Shown: in pieces, positions 1 to 13,675 of the stretch
Position numbering within the stretch: the stretch's first letter is position 1
How the letters are laid out: the number at the start of each line of letters is the position of its first letter
Assembly: GCA_015680685.1 (NCBI GenBank)
Contig: MNCI01000952.1
Span: 494,963-558,962, forward strand
DNA length: 64,000 nucleotides
Origin: Gnetum montanum
Lineage: Eukaryota > Plantae > Gnetophyta
Reading direction: 5' to 3'
Made by a program: the position numbers and the translations under genes
Notes under the pieces: model-generated
Told to the model about the DNA's origin: nothing
Seen by the model: only the letters and a program-made list of their open reading frames with translations
Databases searched by the model: none

Positions 1-720
1 CTCTCCTTTCCTACATGATTGGAAATTGGTAGCCAAGGTTGACTATCAAAGGAAAGTCATATTATAGTTAATTATAGAGATTATCTTTCAAAATTTATTA
101 GAAAAACACACATCAAAAATCAAAAGAAGATTTGGAAGATGAAATGTGTATGCACAAATTGAATTAAGAGAAGCTAATAATAAGTTTCAACAATAACAAA
201 GCTATCTAATGCTATATGAGATAAATGACAAATAACATTGAGAAGTATTGTTATAGCTCCTTACAAAATTTGAATATATTTTATAGTAAAAATTATGAAA
301 TAGAAACATACTGGCATCAATTTTCAACACTTCTTAGTGACTTTATCCATTCATTGGAAAGAAAAAAGAAGAACCACCGAAAACTAGGGAAATAATGTAA
401 AATGTTACAAATATAAAAAGTTCAAGAATCATAAGGAAAGCTTGAAAGTTTGCAAGAAGCATAAGAATAATGTAGATTTGCAACCAACAAAACTTCTAAG
501 TCATAATGAAAAACTTAGTTTATCAATTCTACTATTGTGTAAGAATTTACCCAAAATGTTTCAGCTCACATGATGTGGAAGGATGTTGTTATAAGCTTGA
601 AGGACTTGGTTTATGTGAATCATTCTAGGAGAGCTTGGTGTAAAAACATGAAGGCTAAGTGACCAAAGTATCATAAAAATGGGATACCTTTGTAACTTTT
701 CCTTATCACTTTGAATCTTC
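1..720 (+). mobile_element. Highly degenerate Ty1/copia gag(-protease) remnant
   Basis: Frameshifted translation near 237-282 gives IEK.LL*LLTKFEYI, resembling Copia UBN2 gag (EKILRSLxxKFEYIV). A YYC knuckle-like remnant lies at ~530. Many stops. Confidence 0.35.
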
Positions 721-1177
721 TATTAGATTATTCAACAATGCATTGTTATTCAGTCACCATGGATGAAAGACTATAATAAAAACACAACCATGCATCGTTC
801 TAAAAGGATTCCGAGTTTGTTGTTTAGAAAGTTAGTGAATAAGCACCACTTTTAAATCACATTTTTATAAATGATTTAATGCATAAGCTATAGAAGATTT
901 AATTTGTTATGAAAAGTTATATGTTTCTCTGGTTGATTTGATTTTTTTCTAATAGATACGATGTTTCTCTAGTGGATTTGATTCTCTCTTCAATTTTTCT
1001 CAAGTGAATATGATTTTTCTAGAATTATCATTGTGCTATGAGGGATTCTAAATTACTCGCTTTTTCAACTAAAGTTGAAAATTTTGCTTCTTTTATCGAT
1101 ATGGAAATTTTGTTTGATTCTTAAAATATAGATTTATAAGCTGGTGAGAAAAAAATTATGATGCCTTCTTCTAGTGA

Positions 1178-1977
1178 TGATGTGGTGAGGAGTTCCATTA
1201 GATTCCATAATTCAAACTCACTTAAGAGTCAAAGATCCAAAGCAATCCCTCAATTGAATAAGAAAAAGAAATAGAATTTTATTCTTGCTCAAAGGAAATG
1301 AGATAAAAACACAAGTGAAAGCATATCACTCCTCAAGGATAGACAATTAACCAATCAAATCTTCACTTAACTCACTCACACAAGGTAAGGACCATTGAGA
1401 AGATGATCTCTCACTCATAATGCTCAAGGAAAGCTACAATTCTCATACTATGCTAAACTCTAAACTTCTCAAGATTGGTATACATAAGACATGCTCTTTG
1501 ATGCCTCAATCATCCTTTTATAACTGCTTGAGTGATCATTGGCCTTTTTAACCATTGCTCTTCCCTTTAAGATTTGTGCCCTTTTCAAAAAATGACTTTT
1601 ATCTAGACTATGAGGGCTTGTGGATCACAATCAACTTGCAATCTTAGACTCTGCATTGACCGTGACTTGTAGTTTACTTGCATTGATAAAATTCTTGAAT
1701 TTTTCTTATCTATTTTAGCATCAATTACTATTGACTAGAACTTGCATTTTGAGATTGTGACCCTAATGCAACTTGCATGAGCTTACAACTTACTACCTAA
1801 CTCTAGAAATTACACTTGCTCACAATTTTAGCAAATTACGGCTAACTATGATCCACTGTAGCTCATAGCTTCTTTTCCAATATTTGAAACTAGGTCAAAA
1901 CACATCCACAAAGCTTCAAAACACAAACAAACACTTCCTAAGACTCCTAAGACGCAATGAGGATGGCCATTACATCA
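1178..1977 (-). repeat. Probable 3' LTR of the minus-strand chromovirus element
   Basis: Bounded by TGATGTGGTG...CATTACATCA (imperfect terminal inverted repeat, TG..CA) directly downstream of the integrase/chromodomain. A minus-strand TATA-like tttataa lies at ~1517. No clear PPT and no partner LTR in the window. Confidence 0.5.
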
Positions 1978-4900
1978 AGAAGGTAGGTTGATCTCTTCAT
2001 CATCTTCTTCATCCTTAAAAAGATACTTGACATAAGTAAGTCCTATAGTTGGGATAGTATCAAGCCTTTACATGACCAAATCATTCTCATGAACCCATAT
2101 GACATTCTTAGGTTCTTCACCACTCTAATGCATTAAGTACTCATACATCTTCTTTTCTCTTATGCTCCTTGCCTCTCTTGCTTGCAACAAAGTTGGCTTC
2201 CTTGATGACTTCAATGGAGTTTGACGTTTAATTGCATCCTTGAAAGCTTTAAGACTATCTTGCAAGTCTAATGCAAGAACATTGCCATGATATAGACTCA
2301 AATATTAAACATTAAAAACATAACAAATAAACTAATCAATAGGTAAATCAATCTCATAGGTGTTGAATACTAATTCTTCTTGACATGAGCTTGTATAAAT
2401 AAACATTACTTTACCTTTATTTGCTCAAATGAATTCACATAAACTCTCAAATCTAAAATGCAATTTTCCTCTTACCTTAACTAGCCTTGATGTCATAATC
2501 CTTGGTCTGCTTCTCTAAGTGAGCTTTGACTTGTTGATGCAATTGCTTCATTTTCTTAGCAAAATTAGTACTCAAAAAGATACAATTATTAAATTTTCTC
2601 AATTCATCAACCATCTTTGATGAAAAACCATAAATTACAACAAATGAACACTTACTAACATTAGCATGAAAAGCATTATTGTATGAAAATTTAGAATGAG
2701 CTAACCTATTCTTCCATATTTGAGGTTGGTCCTTACACAAACATCTAAAAATGATTTATTAACAACCTTAGTTTGCCCGTTGGTTTAAGGGTGATAGGCT
2801 ATAGAGAAGGACAACTTGGTTCCCAAAAATTTCCAAAGTAACCTTCAAAAATAACTTGTAAACTTGACATTTCTATTACGAACAATATTGAATGGAATGT
2901 CATGAAGATTAAAAACATGCTAAAAGAATATATGATCAACCTGAAAAGCATTACTACTTCTCCTACATGGAATAAAATAAGCTATCCTTGTAAATCTATT
3001 AATCACAACAAGAATCGAATCATGACCAAATCTTATTCTTGGAATGCCACAAAGTCCAAAGAAACACTTTCTTAAGGAGCATTAGGGATTGAAAATGGTA
3101 GATAATGTTCATCAACATCTTTCCCACTCTTAAACTTTTGATAAACATATAATTCTTGCTCACTAATTCCAATGTTTTTTTTTGCCCATGTGTTCAACCA
3201 TGTTACTATGGTGCTTTTATTCAAGAATCTTTAGCTTGAAGTCACACTATGGAATAAAAATTTTTCCATTTTTGAAAAGAATATCATGGTGGATATGGTA
3301 TAATTTCCTTCTATCAATCCTTTACAATAATGAAGAACTCAAATCTTTCCATACCTTTTTAAAATCAGTATCATAAGTATACAAATTTGCAAAAGAGCTA
3401 AAACCATTTACCTCAATATTAGAATAAACAACATGAATTTTTGACAAAGGATTAGCAGTAATATTAGATTTTCTACTTCTATGTTGTAAAAAAAATATAT
3501 GAAATTCTTAGAATTGCTCAACCAATTTCATATGATTAACACTTAGTTTCTCTTTAGAATTCAAAAACTAAACTATCTCATAATTATTAAGCAAAATAAA
3601 TTCAATTCCTAATAAATATTTCCTTGAATATTTAATGGCTTGAAGTATAACATATAACTCTTTCTCATATACACTATAATTTTTCCTATATTAATTCAAT
3701 TTTTTAAGAAACTAATGTACTAGGATTACCCTTTTGTGAAAGCATACCACTCATAGCAAGTCCACTTGCATTCACCTTCACTTCAAAAAGCTTGGAAAAG
3801 TTTAGAGTTGCCAAAACAAGAGCCCTATTAATCTTTTCCTTTAAAGCTTGGAATAACTTTTCCTTTGCATCATTCCACACAAAAGCTCAGTTCTTCAAAC
3901 AAGGTAACATAGGCCATGCAATAGAACTAAAATATCTAATACATATCCTATAGAAACTAGCTAAACCAAGAAAAGATCTCACCTATTCCATATCTCTAGG
4001 TGATAACCACTTCTTAATTGTCTTGACCTTGCTTAGCTTCATCTTGACTTAATTCTTGGAGACCACATGATCTAACTAGATAATTTCCTTCTTCATGGCA
4101 TGACATTTCTTTGCATTGATGACCAATTGAGCTTCATGTAACTTTGAGTACACCATACTTGAGTGTTGTACATTCTCATCTTTATTAGAGTTGTAAACCA
4201 AAAAATCATCAAATAAAATGAAATAATATTTACTAATTAAATTCCTTAAAACATCATGCATAAGTCTCATGAATGTGGCTAGAATATTAGTTAGCCTAAA
4301 AGGCATGACTAACAAGTCATACAAATCATTTGAAGTTTTAAAGGGACATCTTTCATTTATCTCTAGGTCTAATTATAATTTGGTGGTATTTACTTTTCAA
4401 ATCAATCTTAGAGAAAATATCAACATTAGTCAAAACATCAAGAATGTCATCTATCCTAGGAATAGAAAACCTATATTTAATTATTATTGTATTTAAAGCT
4501 CTAGAATCAATGCACCTTCTCATTTCATTCATGTATTTCTTAGGAACTAAGACTACTTGAACAATACATGGGGAAATGAGCTCCTTGACAAAGCCGCTAG
4601 AGAGTAATTCACTTGCTTGTGAAGTTTCTCCCTTTGATGTGAAGTCATTTGGTAAGCCCTCTTATTTGGGATGATAACTGTAGGCATAAAATTAATTTGA
4701 TGTTGGACTAATCTTATTAGTGAAAACCCTTCCAATTTTTCTTTAAAGACTTCATCAAATTCTTATGTTAAAGGTGACATCACTGTTGGAAGTTAATTTT
4801 GTGGCTCCTTTTCACATGTTGTAATAGTAGAAATAATCACTAAATCATGCCCAAATTCTTCATAAGATTTTACATATTCTTTCTCAATAAGAAAAATCAA

Positions 4901-5440
4901 AGAACCATTCATGGAAACATTTTCTTTGTATTGTTTCAATGTCATGGAAATCAATTGGTGTATCTCATCTTTTGTGTGGACTAACCAAACATTTCTTGCA
5001 CCATCAAGAGTAGCCTTGTTATGATAATTCCAAGGTCTACCAAGCATGACATCAATACTATCTGTGGAAAGAATGTCACATTGCACTTGGTCTTTAAAAG
5101 ATTTAATCTTAAAAGACAAAATGCATCTTTCCTTCACTTTTTTAGAAATGATCTTAAGAGAGAGGAGAAATTTCTTCAAGCCAAGCATGCTTATTGCCTT
5201 AGAGGTAATAACATTCTCCTGGGTACCATTATCTATTAAGGTGTAAATCCACTTGCTACTAGAGACACATGTAACCTTAATTCTAAAGAGCATTTTTCTT
5301 AAAGGATCCTTACTAACATTGACATTCCCCATAAAAGACTTAATTTCGCTCACATCTTGAATCATGCGAGCATTAGAATTAGCATAATTTGAAGAGTTTC
5401 TCTTCTTTAAAGTTTGACATTCATGGTTCTTTGAACTAGA
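1978..5440 (-). mobile_element. Degenerate Ty3/gypsy chromovirus (CRM-like) pol: PR-RT-RH-IN-chromodomain, 5'-truncated
   Basis: ORF 4793-5365 is protease (LIDNGTQENVI, DVMLGRPW). 4553-4735 has QHQINFMP..PNKRAYQM. 4076-4324 is RT (LVMPFRLTN, FDDFLVY). Integrase HDSILVVIDRF..AYHP*TNGQT spans ~2770-3030. Chromodomain-like YEYLMH*SGEEPKNVIWVHE lies at ~2085-2147. Confidence 0.85.
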
Positions 5441-5449
5441 TAATTAAAT

Positions 5450-5900
5450 GTGATATTGCATATTACTATCTTCCTACCTGGATTGGTAGTAGCTCTATCT
5501 TGTATGGTTTAGTCCATAATGAGGCATATGCTCATTAATGTTGTGTGACTATAACTAAACTAGATGGAAATATAGATAAAAATTAATTAATGAATCTAAT
5601 TAATAACAAAAAAATAAATCTTAAGCTAGTTTAAAGGCCATGATTGTTCATTAATAACTTATTGTATATGTCTTGAAATAGGATAACTATCGTTAGGATT
5701 ACCAAGTGATACACTATTGGGCCTACCAAGCAATAACATTGCTAGGTTACAAAATGGTTACATATTACACTTGAAATTGGTTGCATTTATTTTGCTAAAT
5801 TCTATGTGTAAGCACAAAGGTAACTAGATTAGATATAATTTATATCTAAGGTGGCTGAAAGCATATGACCTCAAATGATTAGCTCAAGTAAGTCTTACCT
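5450..5900 (-). repeat. Fragment of an Athila-like LTR, related to the LTRs at 12756-13675 and 53831-54750
   Basis: gtatggtttagtccataatgaggcatatg (~5502-5530) matches gtatggtttagtccaaagtgaggcatatg (~12917-12945). Shared aggattaccaag/aggttacca repeats. Confidence 0.6.
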
Positions 5901-6556
5901 TTGAAGCAAATGCTACCTTGAAGAAGATTGATAAGAACATAGAAAGACCATTGTAGAAAACAAAATTTCCTTACAACATGGTAGAAAATGCTATCTCCTC
6001 CTCTTTATCCTCCATTTCAAACTCGTGCTCTTGATTGAAAATTTTTTAGGTTAAGCCTACTTTCATAACTTGCAGTTTAGCTTTGAATTTTTTTATTTTG
6101 TCTTCAATGTTTTTTTCTCTTGGTTTTTGCAGTCTTCTTATTTGCTCCTTTGCTTATTTTCTATAGTTGTTTGTGGTTTTTTCTATTTTAGTTTATTTAT
6201 TTATTGTTTTATGTTAGTTTTGGGTGTATGTTTTATAGGTGAAGTGATAGTGGGTAGATGTTAGATGATTACTAAGTTAGGGATTAGTTAGTTATAGCAA
6301 TTTTTGTTAGTTATTTTGGATTAAAAGGGGTGGTTAGATTTGAATTTGAAAATTTGTATTGGTGTTGATAGTTTTGGAAGGATGATTTAGAATTGTATAT
6401 AAGGTTTGTAGAAAAAAAAACATTTTTCTAGAGATGGTAGTAATTAGTTAGCAGGTGAATAATGGGGTTTGTTTTGTGCTTGTTGAGAAAGGGTTGCATA
6501 GTTTTTGGGATAGGGTGACATGAGATTATTGATATTTGTGGTTAAAGGTACCTTAG

Positions 6557-7435
6557 TGATAAAACCTTTGTCTTTGTTAGCTATGATATTGTAGCTCTAC
6601 ATATGTCATCATTGATGCGATGTAGTGGGCCATGGTCATGCCTATAAATACTAACCCATCATCATGTTAGAAAGAACTTTCACCAACAGTTAGCTAGATT
6701 CTTGTAGTTTGTTTTCGTAACTTAGACTTAGCGATAGAGTGAATGCCTATAGTGTGGTGTTTAATAGTTATACAAAATCTTTGTTTGAGTGAATTATTCT
6801 TGGACACAATTCATGACTGGAAATAAAGATTGAGATTGTTTGTCACAATTACAGCATCTCACTTAGCTTAATTTTTACTTAGTTTAATTTTACCTTTCAG
6901 CATGTTTACTTTTCTAAATTCATTTATATTTTCCAAGTACTTTACTTTTTTAATGTCTTTTAGTGAGGCGATATAAGTACGACTAGTTTCAAGCACGAAG
7001 TGTAATTGTTTGGTAAACTAGTAGTGAGTTCACTTGATTCACGTAGTAGTGGATTTACTTAGTAATTCTAGTGATAATTACATGAGCCCTTGACATGTAC
7101 GACAAGCTAGGAATGAATACTTCTCACCATAGGCTAAATCAAATTTACATTTCTATCATACTTAGACTTAGATTTTATCCTTAAACTTTATCTTCACTAT
7201 TATTATGTTGGCACTTAGGATAAGTAAAGTCAAACAACATTAGTGTATCATATGGCTCACCAAGAGTTAAATCATACAACTTGCACTTTGCTAACTCAAC
7301 GTTAGAAGATAACGATCACAAATTGAACATCAACTACTAGCATACTTATGTTGGTCATTTATGGATTATGATCAAGTTGCATATGTACACTCTTGACTTG
7401 TATGGTTGTGTGTTGGAAAACCTAACCACTCATCA
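6557..7435 (+). repeat. Element A 5' LTR
   Basis: Direct repeat of 38725-39613. TATAAATA at 6643. Ends CATCA before the PBS. Confidence 0.92.
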
Positions 7436-7436
7436 T

Positions 7437-7454
7437 TGGTGTCATTGCCAAGGA
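7437..7454 (+). promoter_or_regulatory. Primer-binding site of A (Athila-type, tRNA-Asp-like)
   Basis: TGGTGTCATTGCCAAGGA, a deaminated version of the Athila consensus TGGCGCCGTTGCCGGGGA. Confidence 0.8.
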
Positions 7455-7578
7455 TGTGTTAGTGTTTACTAAGTAGTTGAATTTAAAATTTTTTTTATAT
7501 AAAGTATCACAAAGTACATCCTTTCATACTTAAAACAAAATTTCACAAGTACACACACTTAAGCACTAAACAATTAAC

Positions 7579-10500
7579 ATGGCTTCTATAATTAAAGAAA
7601 AATCTCCACCTACTACTGAATTACATGAGAGTCATAACAAATACTACAATGAAGAAGACTGAAGCGCATTGATGTAAACCAAAATTTCCTATGCTCACAC
7701 TAATCCCAACTATCCTAATTTTACATTTGTTTTTCACTAGGATGAACAACTCAGATGGAGAAATTTATAGGATAACATTGTCTTGCTCTAGAACATTTGA
7801 CACCGTCAATGCTTCAAGTAATCCTTATGAGGTTAAACCTTGGTCATGTACAAGAAGGTTACCACATCATCAAACACATGACTATGCCATACTAGCCAAC
7901 AGAAGATTAGGAAAGAAGGGATGCCATCATGGAGACAAGACATGAACATAACAGAAAAGAAAGCACCTCAAATAGTTGTCCTGGAAGAAAAACAAAGATG
8001 TTATGTTTTACCTTAAGAAATTTCATCAAACTCATGAGTCTCACTCTCAAACACCAACTATTTGCGTTGAAGATTCCATGAAAATAAAGTTGCATTTAGC
8101 TCTTGTAAAAACTCCTTGAAGAGATAAGGAAGACCTGAAACTTAAGAGGAATTCAAGGCCTAAGACCTCCACTAAATCTCAAAGGGATGAATCAAGGAGT
8201 CATAGAAGGAGGACTAGCTGGGACTGTTCTCCATCTCCTTCATCTTCTTCCTCACATTCATCTACAAATTCTAACAAGAGAAAATGAAGATTGAGGGATC
8301 ATGATGGGAAAAGACAAAGGGACCATGAGAGACATGCATATAGAACAAGGCATCCTAATGAAAAGGAAGATAGTTATGATGAATGAAGAGAAAGGATCAT
8401 GCAAGAGGACAAAGAGCATCATGAGCATTGAAGGTGTTACTACTACAACAAAGCTCACAAACCCAAAGACTATGAATAATGTCTACTTGCCACTTGAAAC
8501 ATGATTAACATTAGGGAAGCAGTGTATATTCCTACTAGACATGTAAGGAATAGTTGCATTAAGTGACTATACATGAGTAATATTCCAAAATTTGAAGACA
8601 GATACAATGTAGAACCACAACAACATCTTCAAGCCTTCCATGGTGCTTGTGCTTTGCAAAATATTGAAAATGATTGGTAGAAATTAAATTTTTTTTATAG
8701 AACACTCATAAAGAAATAAAAGAGCTAGTATCGATCCTTAGAACCAGAATTATTTCGAAGATGGAGTACCATGCTAGAGCTCTTTAATGACAAGTATCAA
8801 ACCTATTCTAGAGTGTCTAACTTGAGAAAATAAATCCAAGGATGGAAACAAGGGGCACATGAATCCCTTGATGTAGCAATGGAAAAATACTATTCACTAT
8901 TACATAGGTGTCTAGGCCATAGATTTTCAAAAAGGGAACAAATTCGACACATCATCGATGGGCTAAGAAATAATACTAGAAAAAATCTTGGGGTATATGC
9001 CCAAGGTAGATTATCTAAAATGATAGCTCATCATATTCAAAGACTCATTGACCAAGTGGAAAAAGAAGAAGGAGAGTTAAGGAAAATAGAGTATGTAGAA
9101 GAATATAAGAGAAACCTAGCGATAAGGAAAATGGACATGAGAATATGTGAATCATAAGAAGAAGAAAATTTAGAAGGTACGATCCAATGGAAGACTTTAC
9201 CAAATCAAAAATTAGTTAATGACATTGCAACCAAGGTAGAGAAAATATGCGATTTTGTGGATGAGAAATTTGCTACATTATTAAAGATAGTAGAGAAAAA
9301 GACTAAACAAGACCTAAACTGAAGTAAAGAAAAGAAGAGATAATGAGTGAGAGAATTACAAGAATAAAGGAAAAGTTGTTGCAATGGAGGAAATAATGGA
9401 CTCTAGCTCAAAAGATGATGAAGGATGTAAAGTGTGCTAGTATGAACATTCTAAGGGATGTTTCCCTATTATGGCCCACTTACAAGAGTCTGGGACATAT
9501 GTACTTAATCCAATTCAAGAAACAAATGCCTAGATGGTTACCTTATCCACAAGGTAATTTTCAATAGCCCTACCAGCAAGCATACTATCCAAGTGGGGCT
9601 TATCCTCAACCATAGGTGCAATACCAACAATAGTGGCAACAACCACAAGTGTTGGGAATACTACCGCTAAGCTAATATTATCCACATAGGCATCTTGATC
9701 CCTACGATTACTATGTATAATGTTCAATCTCTCCTAGGAAAACTTCAGTCTATACCTTCTCTCACTACTATCCACTAGAATATGATAGACCCACTACCTC
9801 ATGAATGAATCTAAATTCTTACATATCCCAACTAGTAGTTGGTTTTTCACTTCAAGCTCCTAAAAGCTTACCACCCGTATTGCCACCAATCATGCAATGA
9901 GAATTGCTAACAGAACCCTAGCAGAAAATTGCTATATGGTAGTTAATACACAAGAGGATGTGATAACAATTAAACCCAAATCTAGGAAACATCCCTTTTT
10001 TAGGATAAGTATAGAAAAGGTTCAAAAGATGGGAACTTTACCTAACTCTACCCCATCTACATGTACTCCTCCAAAAAATACTATACTTCCAATATCATTA
10101 GAGAAGAACCTAGCAACTATCATGCTCACTCAAATAGTCATGCATTGGATCAATGTAGGAGCACTTCCCAAAAAGAGAATAGACCCTAGAAGTCCCTTAA
10201 TTTATCTCCAAATAGTAGGACATAAACCATGCAAGGCTCTATTAGACTTTGGGTTAGTAGTAAACCTCATTTCACAAGATATGTATAAGGCTTGGAATCT
10301 TTCCCTACTAAAGAAGAGTGACATTTGTTTAGAGCTTCCCAACCAATCAATTGTTATACCACTTGGACAAATAGAAGATGTAATCACTACCATAAGTGGT
10401 TGGTCATATCCTATTGATTTCCTAGTCATCCATATGGGAAAGAACAAAGGGGAATTTTCCATAATCATGGGAAGTGTATGTCTTAGCACCATGGATGCTA

Positions 10501-12755
10501 AGCTTAGAAAAAGAGACTTGTCCTTAGAAATCTCTAAGCAAGATGAAGCCAAAATTATCTAGAGATGCAGAGTTCCATGTATCACATGTAGTGATAATGG
10601 GTGCGATTATGTGCAAACAATTTTGACCACAATACATGATGCCATTACAACATGTAATAGATGTATAGAAGACATGTCTATCCAATAGTATTTGTATGCA
10701 ATGGCCACTAGACAAGAAGACACCTAGTGGCTGATCATTGAAAAAGAAGTAGAATCTAGTATATGCATAGAATCTTTGAACAAAATTACAAGTGCCTATG
10801 TAAATAAATAGACAAGTTAGAGTAGCTAAGAAGATAACCTCTTTATATAAATTTATCACAAGAGGAGGTTATTAAATGGAGATAGTTAGAGATATTAGAG
10901 AAATACAAACTAGAACCTCTAGAATTAAAAGCCCTACCAGATGCATTAGAATATGCTTTCCTAAACAATAAAAGATTGGTAATCACAAATGCCAGTCTTG
11001 TTAAAGAGAAAAAGAGAAAAGTATTGAAAGTGGAAAATAAATGGTTGATTGCATTGGCATAGTCGTATAATGAAATCACCTGTATTGATCCACACATCTG
11101 TCAACCTCAAATTTATATAGATCCAATCATTAAACCACATCGCCAACCTGAACGAAGATTGGCTTCTATTCTTAAAGAAGTTATGAAAAAAGAGTTGGAA
11201 AAACTATTAAAGGCAAGATTTATGTATCCCATAGCAGACAGTGAATGAGTTAGTCCATTAGTCATTGTTTCAAATAAGAGAGGTAAGTGGAGAATCTACA
11301 TTAACTTCCGATTGTTGAACATGGTGATGTTTAAGGATCATTTCCCTCTATCATTTATTGACTAAGTTCTAGACACCATTATAGGACATTAGCATTATAT
11401 TTTTTTGGATGGATATAGTGGGTACAATTAAATATGCATTGCATCAAAAGATTAGGAAAAGACCACATTCACCAATCCATGGGGGACGTTTTGTATACAA
11501 GAAAATGCCGTTTGGTTTGTGTAATGCCCTCACTACCTTCCAGAGACTTGTATTAAGAATCTTTTAGAAGCATAATGGTAATGGAGTCAAAGTATTTATG
11601 GATAGATTTTCCACATATGGGCTAGATTTTCAACTAGCCTTAGACAATTTAGAGCAAGTCTTAAAAAGATGTGTTGAAACTAATCTAAAGCTCAATTGGC
11701 AGAAAAGCCACTTAATCATTCAAGATGACATAGTTCTAAGATATAATGTATCTCATAAAGCAATAAAGGTAGATCTGGAAAAGATTAGAGTCATTCAAAA
11801 TATCACTTAGAGGCCACAAACTCTCAAAGATCTCAAATCATTTCTTGTCCACATAGGATATTATAGGAGCTTTATTGAAAAATTTTCAAAGAGTGGAAAA
11901 TCGCTAGTGGAATTAACAAAGAAAGATGCACCATTTTCAATGGACAGAGCAAAGTAGGAAAGTATTCAAAACCTTAAAATAGAAATTGATTGAGACACTA
12001 ATCCTCCAAGCTTCAGATTGGTCCAAACCTTTCCACATTATGATAGATGCTTCAAATTACGCATTGGAAGTAGGGCTAACTCAACTTGATGATAAAAAAC
12101 AACCTTATTATATACACAACACCAATTGAAGCATCATTGAGGCACAACTCAATTTCACCACTATAGAAAAGGAGGCTATGGCTATGGTGTATGTGCATGA
12201 GAAATTTAGATACTATGTGCTTGGGTATCCTATTTGTATCAAAATTGATCATAGTGCTATTAGGTTTCTAATGAATAAACCAGTGGTATGTCCAAGAGGG
12301 ATAAGATGGCTAGTTATTTTACAAGAGTTTGACATAACAATGATTAATAAAAAAGAAACTAAAAACGTTGCAGTGGAACATTTATCAAGACTAAGATGGA
12401 AACCTTACGAAAATGATAAACAAATATTAGACTAATTTTCCAATGAAAAAATATTCACCAAGACCATAATGGTTGTAGACTTAATAGAGAATTCATGGAC
12501 TACTAATTACATATTGTATCTCACCAAACAAGAACTTCCTATTGAATGGGATAAGAAACATAAGGAACATTTCTTTCACAGAGTAAAAAGATATATGGAA
12601 ATTAATGGAAACCCTTACAAGATATGTGTTGATAGGTTTATAAGATGGTATGTTCCAAAATAAAGTCAATAGAGAGTCCAACAAGATGCACATGAAGGAT
12701 CATGTGATGCTCACTAGTCAGGAAGAAGGACAACACTAAAACTAATGATGGTAGG
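7579..12755 (+). pseudogene. Element A gag-pol part 1 (gag, zinc knuckle, PR, RT, RNase H, IN N-terminus), disrupted
   Basis: Gag at 8580-9160. CKVC*YEHSKGC at ~9426. PR KALLDFGLVVNLI..YPIDFLVI (ORF 9897-10562). RT FLDGYSGYN at ~11402 and VFMDRF at ~11592. RH IMIDASNYAL at ~12037 and IRWLVILQEFD. Confidence 0.9.
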
Positions 12756-13675
12756 TAATGAGTGGCGAGGTAGCCCTACGCTCAACCATACGAATCACAA
12801 GTGTTCATGCATGATTTGGTCGAATTACATGGATGGGACTAGTTGTGGCATCTAGATTGCTATGCCTTGATCGCAGTTTGCTATCTTTCCACTTAGACTA
12901 GTGGTAGCTTTGTCATGTATGGTTTAGTCCAAAGTGAGGCATATGATTTTTATTATTTTATATTTTATTGTTCTATGATTAACAATAGGTTGAAACTTAA
13001 TTTATAATCAATTCAACTAATCTAATTGCTAATTAATAATCAACTACCCTAACATAAGTATCTAACCCCACTTCCCGTGCACATCTTGAACACATATAAC
13101 ATTGCTAGGTTACCAAATGTTAAGCATTACTAGGATTACCAAGAGTCATATGCATGCTTGAAGTGATCATACTTATGTGCTTAATTAATTAACATGCATG
13201 AAAATGTAAATGTTAACTAAGTACATGAAAAGTAAATTGCATGGAAAGTAAATCTAATCTAAGTCAAAGTGCTGCAATGAATAATAATCAATCTTGGTCT
13301 TATTGCCACTCATGGAATATGTTTAGGTACATTGCTAGTTGAATAAGACTTTGTACAACTGACTCAAATCCACTCTGTGGGCACTCACTAACTATTCTCT
13401 AAGATTACAGAATAAAATTGCAAGAATTCAACTACTCTATTAAAAAAACTATGAAAAATTAATGCAAAACTATTTCAAAACTGACTTCAAACAGGAGACT
13501 AAGCACTATATTTATAGGCTAGAGTATATACCCTGACATTGGATACCTGACATCATGCTAAGACCTTGATGTCACGTACCTGATGTCAAAACTTCAACAT
13601 CATGTACTTGACATCGGAGCAAATAGAAAACAACGATTCATCGGATGTCAAGGCTAGGCAAATCATGACTCATCA
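12756..13675 (-). mobile_element. Solo LTR (Athila-like family) inserted antisense into the integrase of A
   Basis: Ends T(A)ATGAGTGG...ACTCATCA. Near-TSD GTAGG/ATAGG. Removing it restores integrase MVG|YFWPTIF. Similar to the reverse complement of the element C LTR. Confidence 0.9.
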
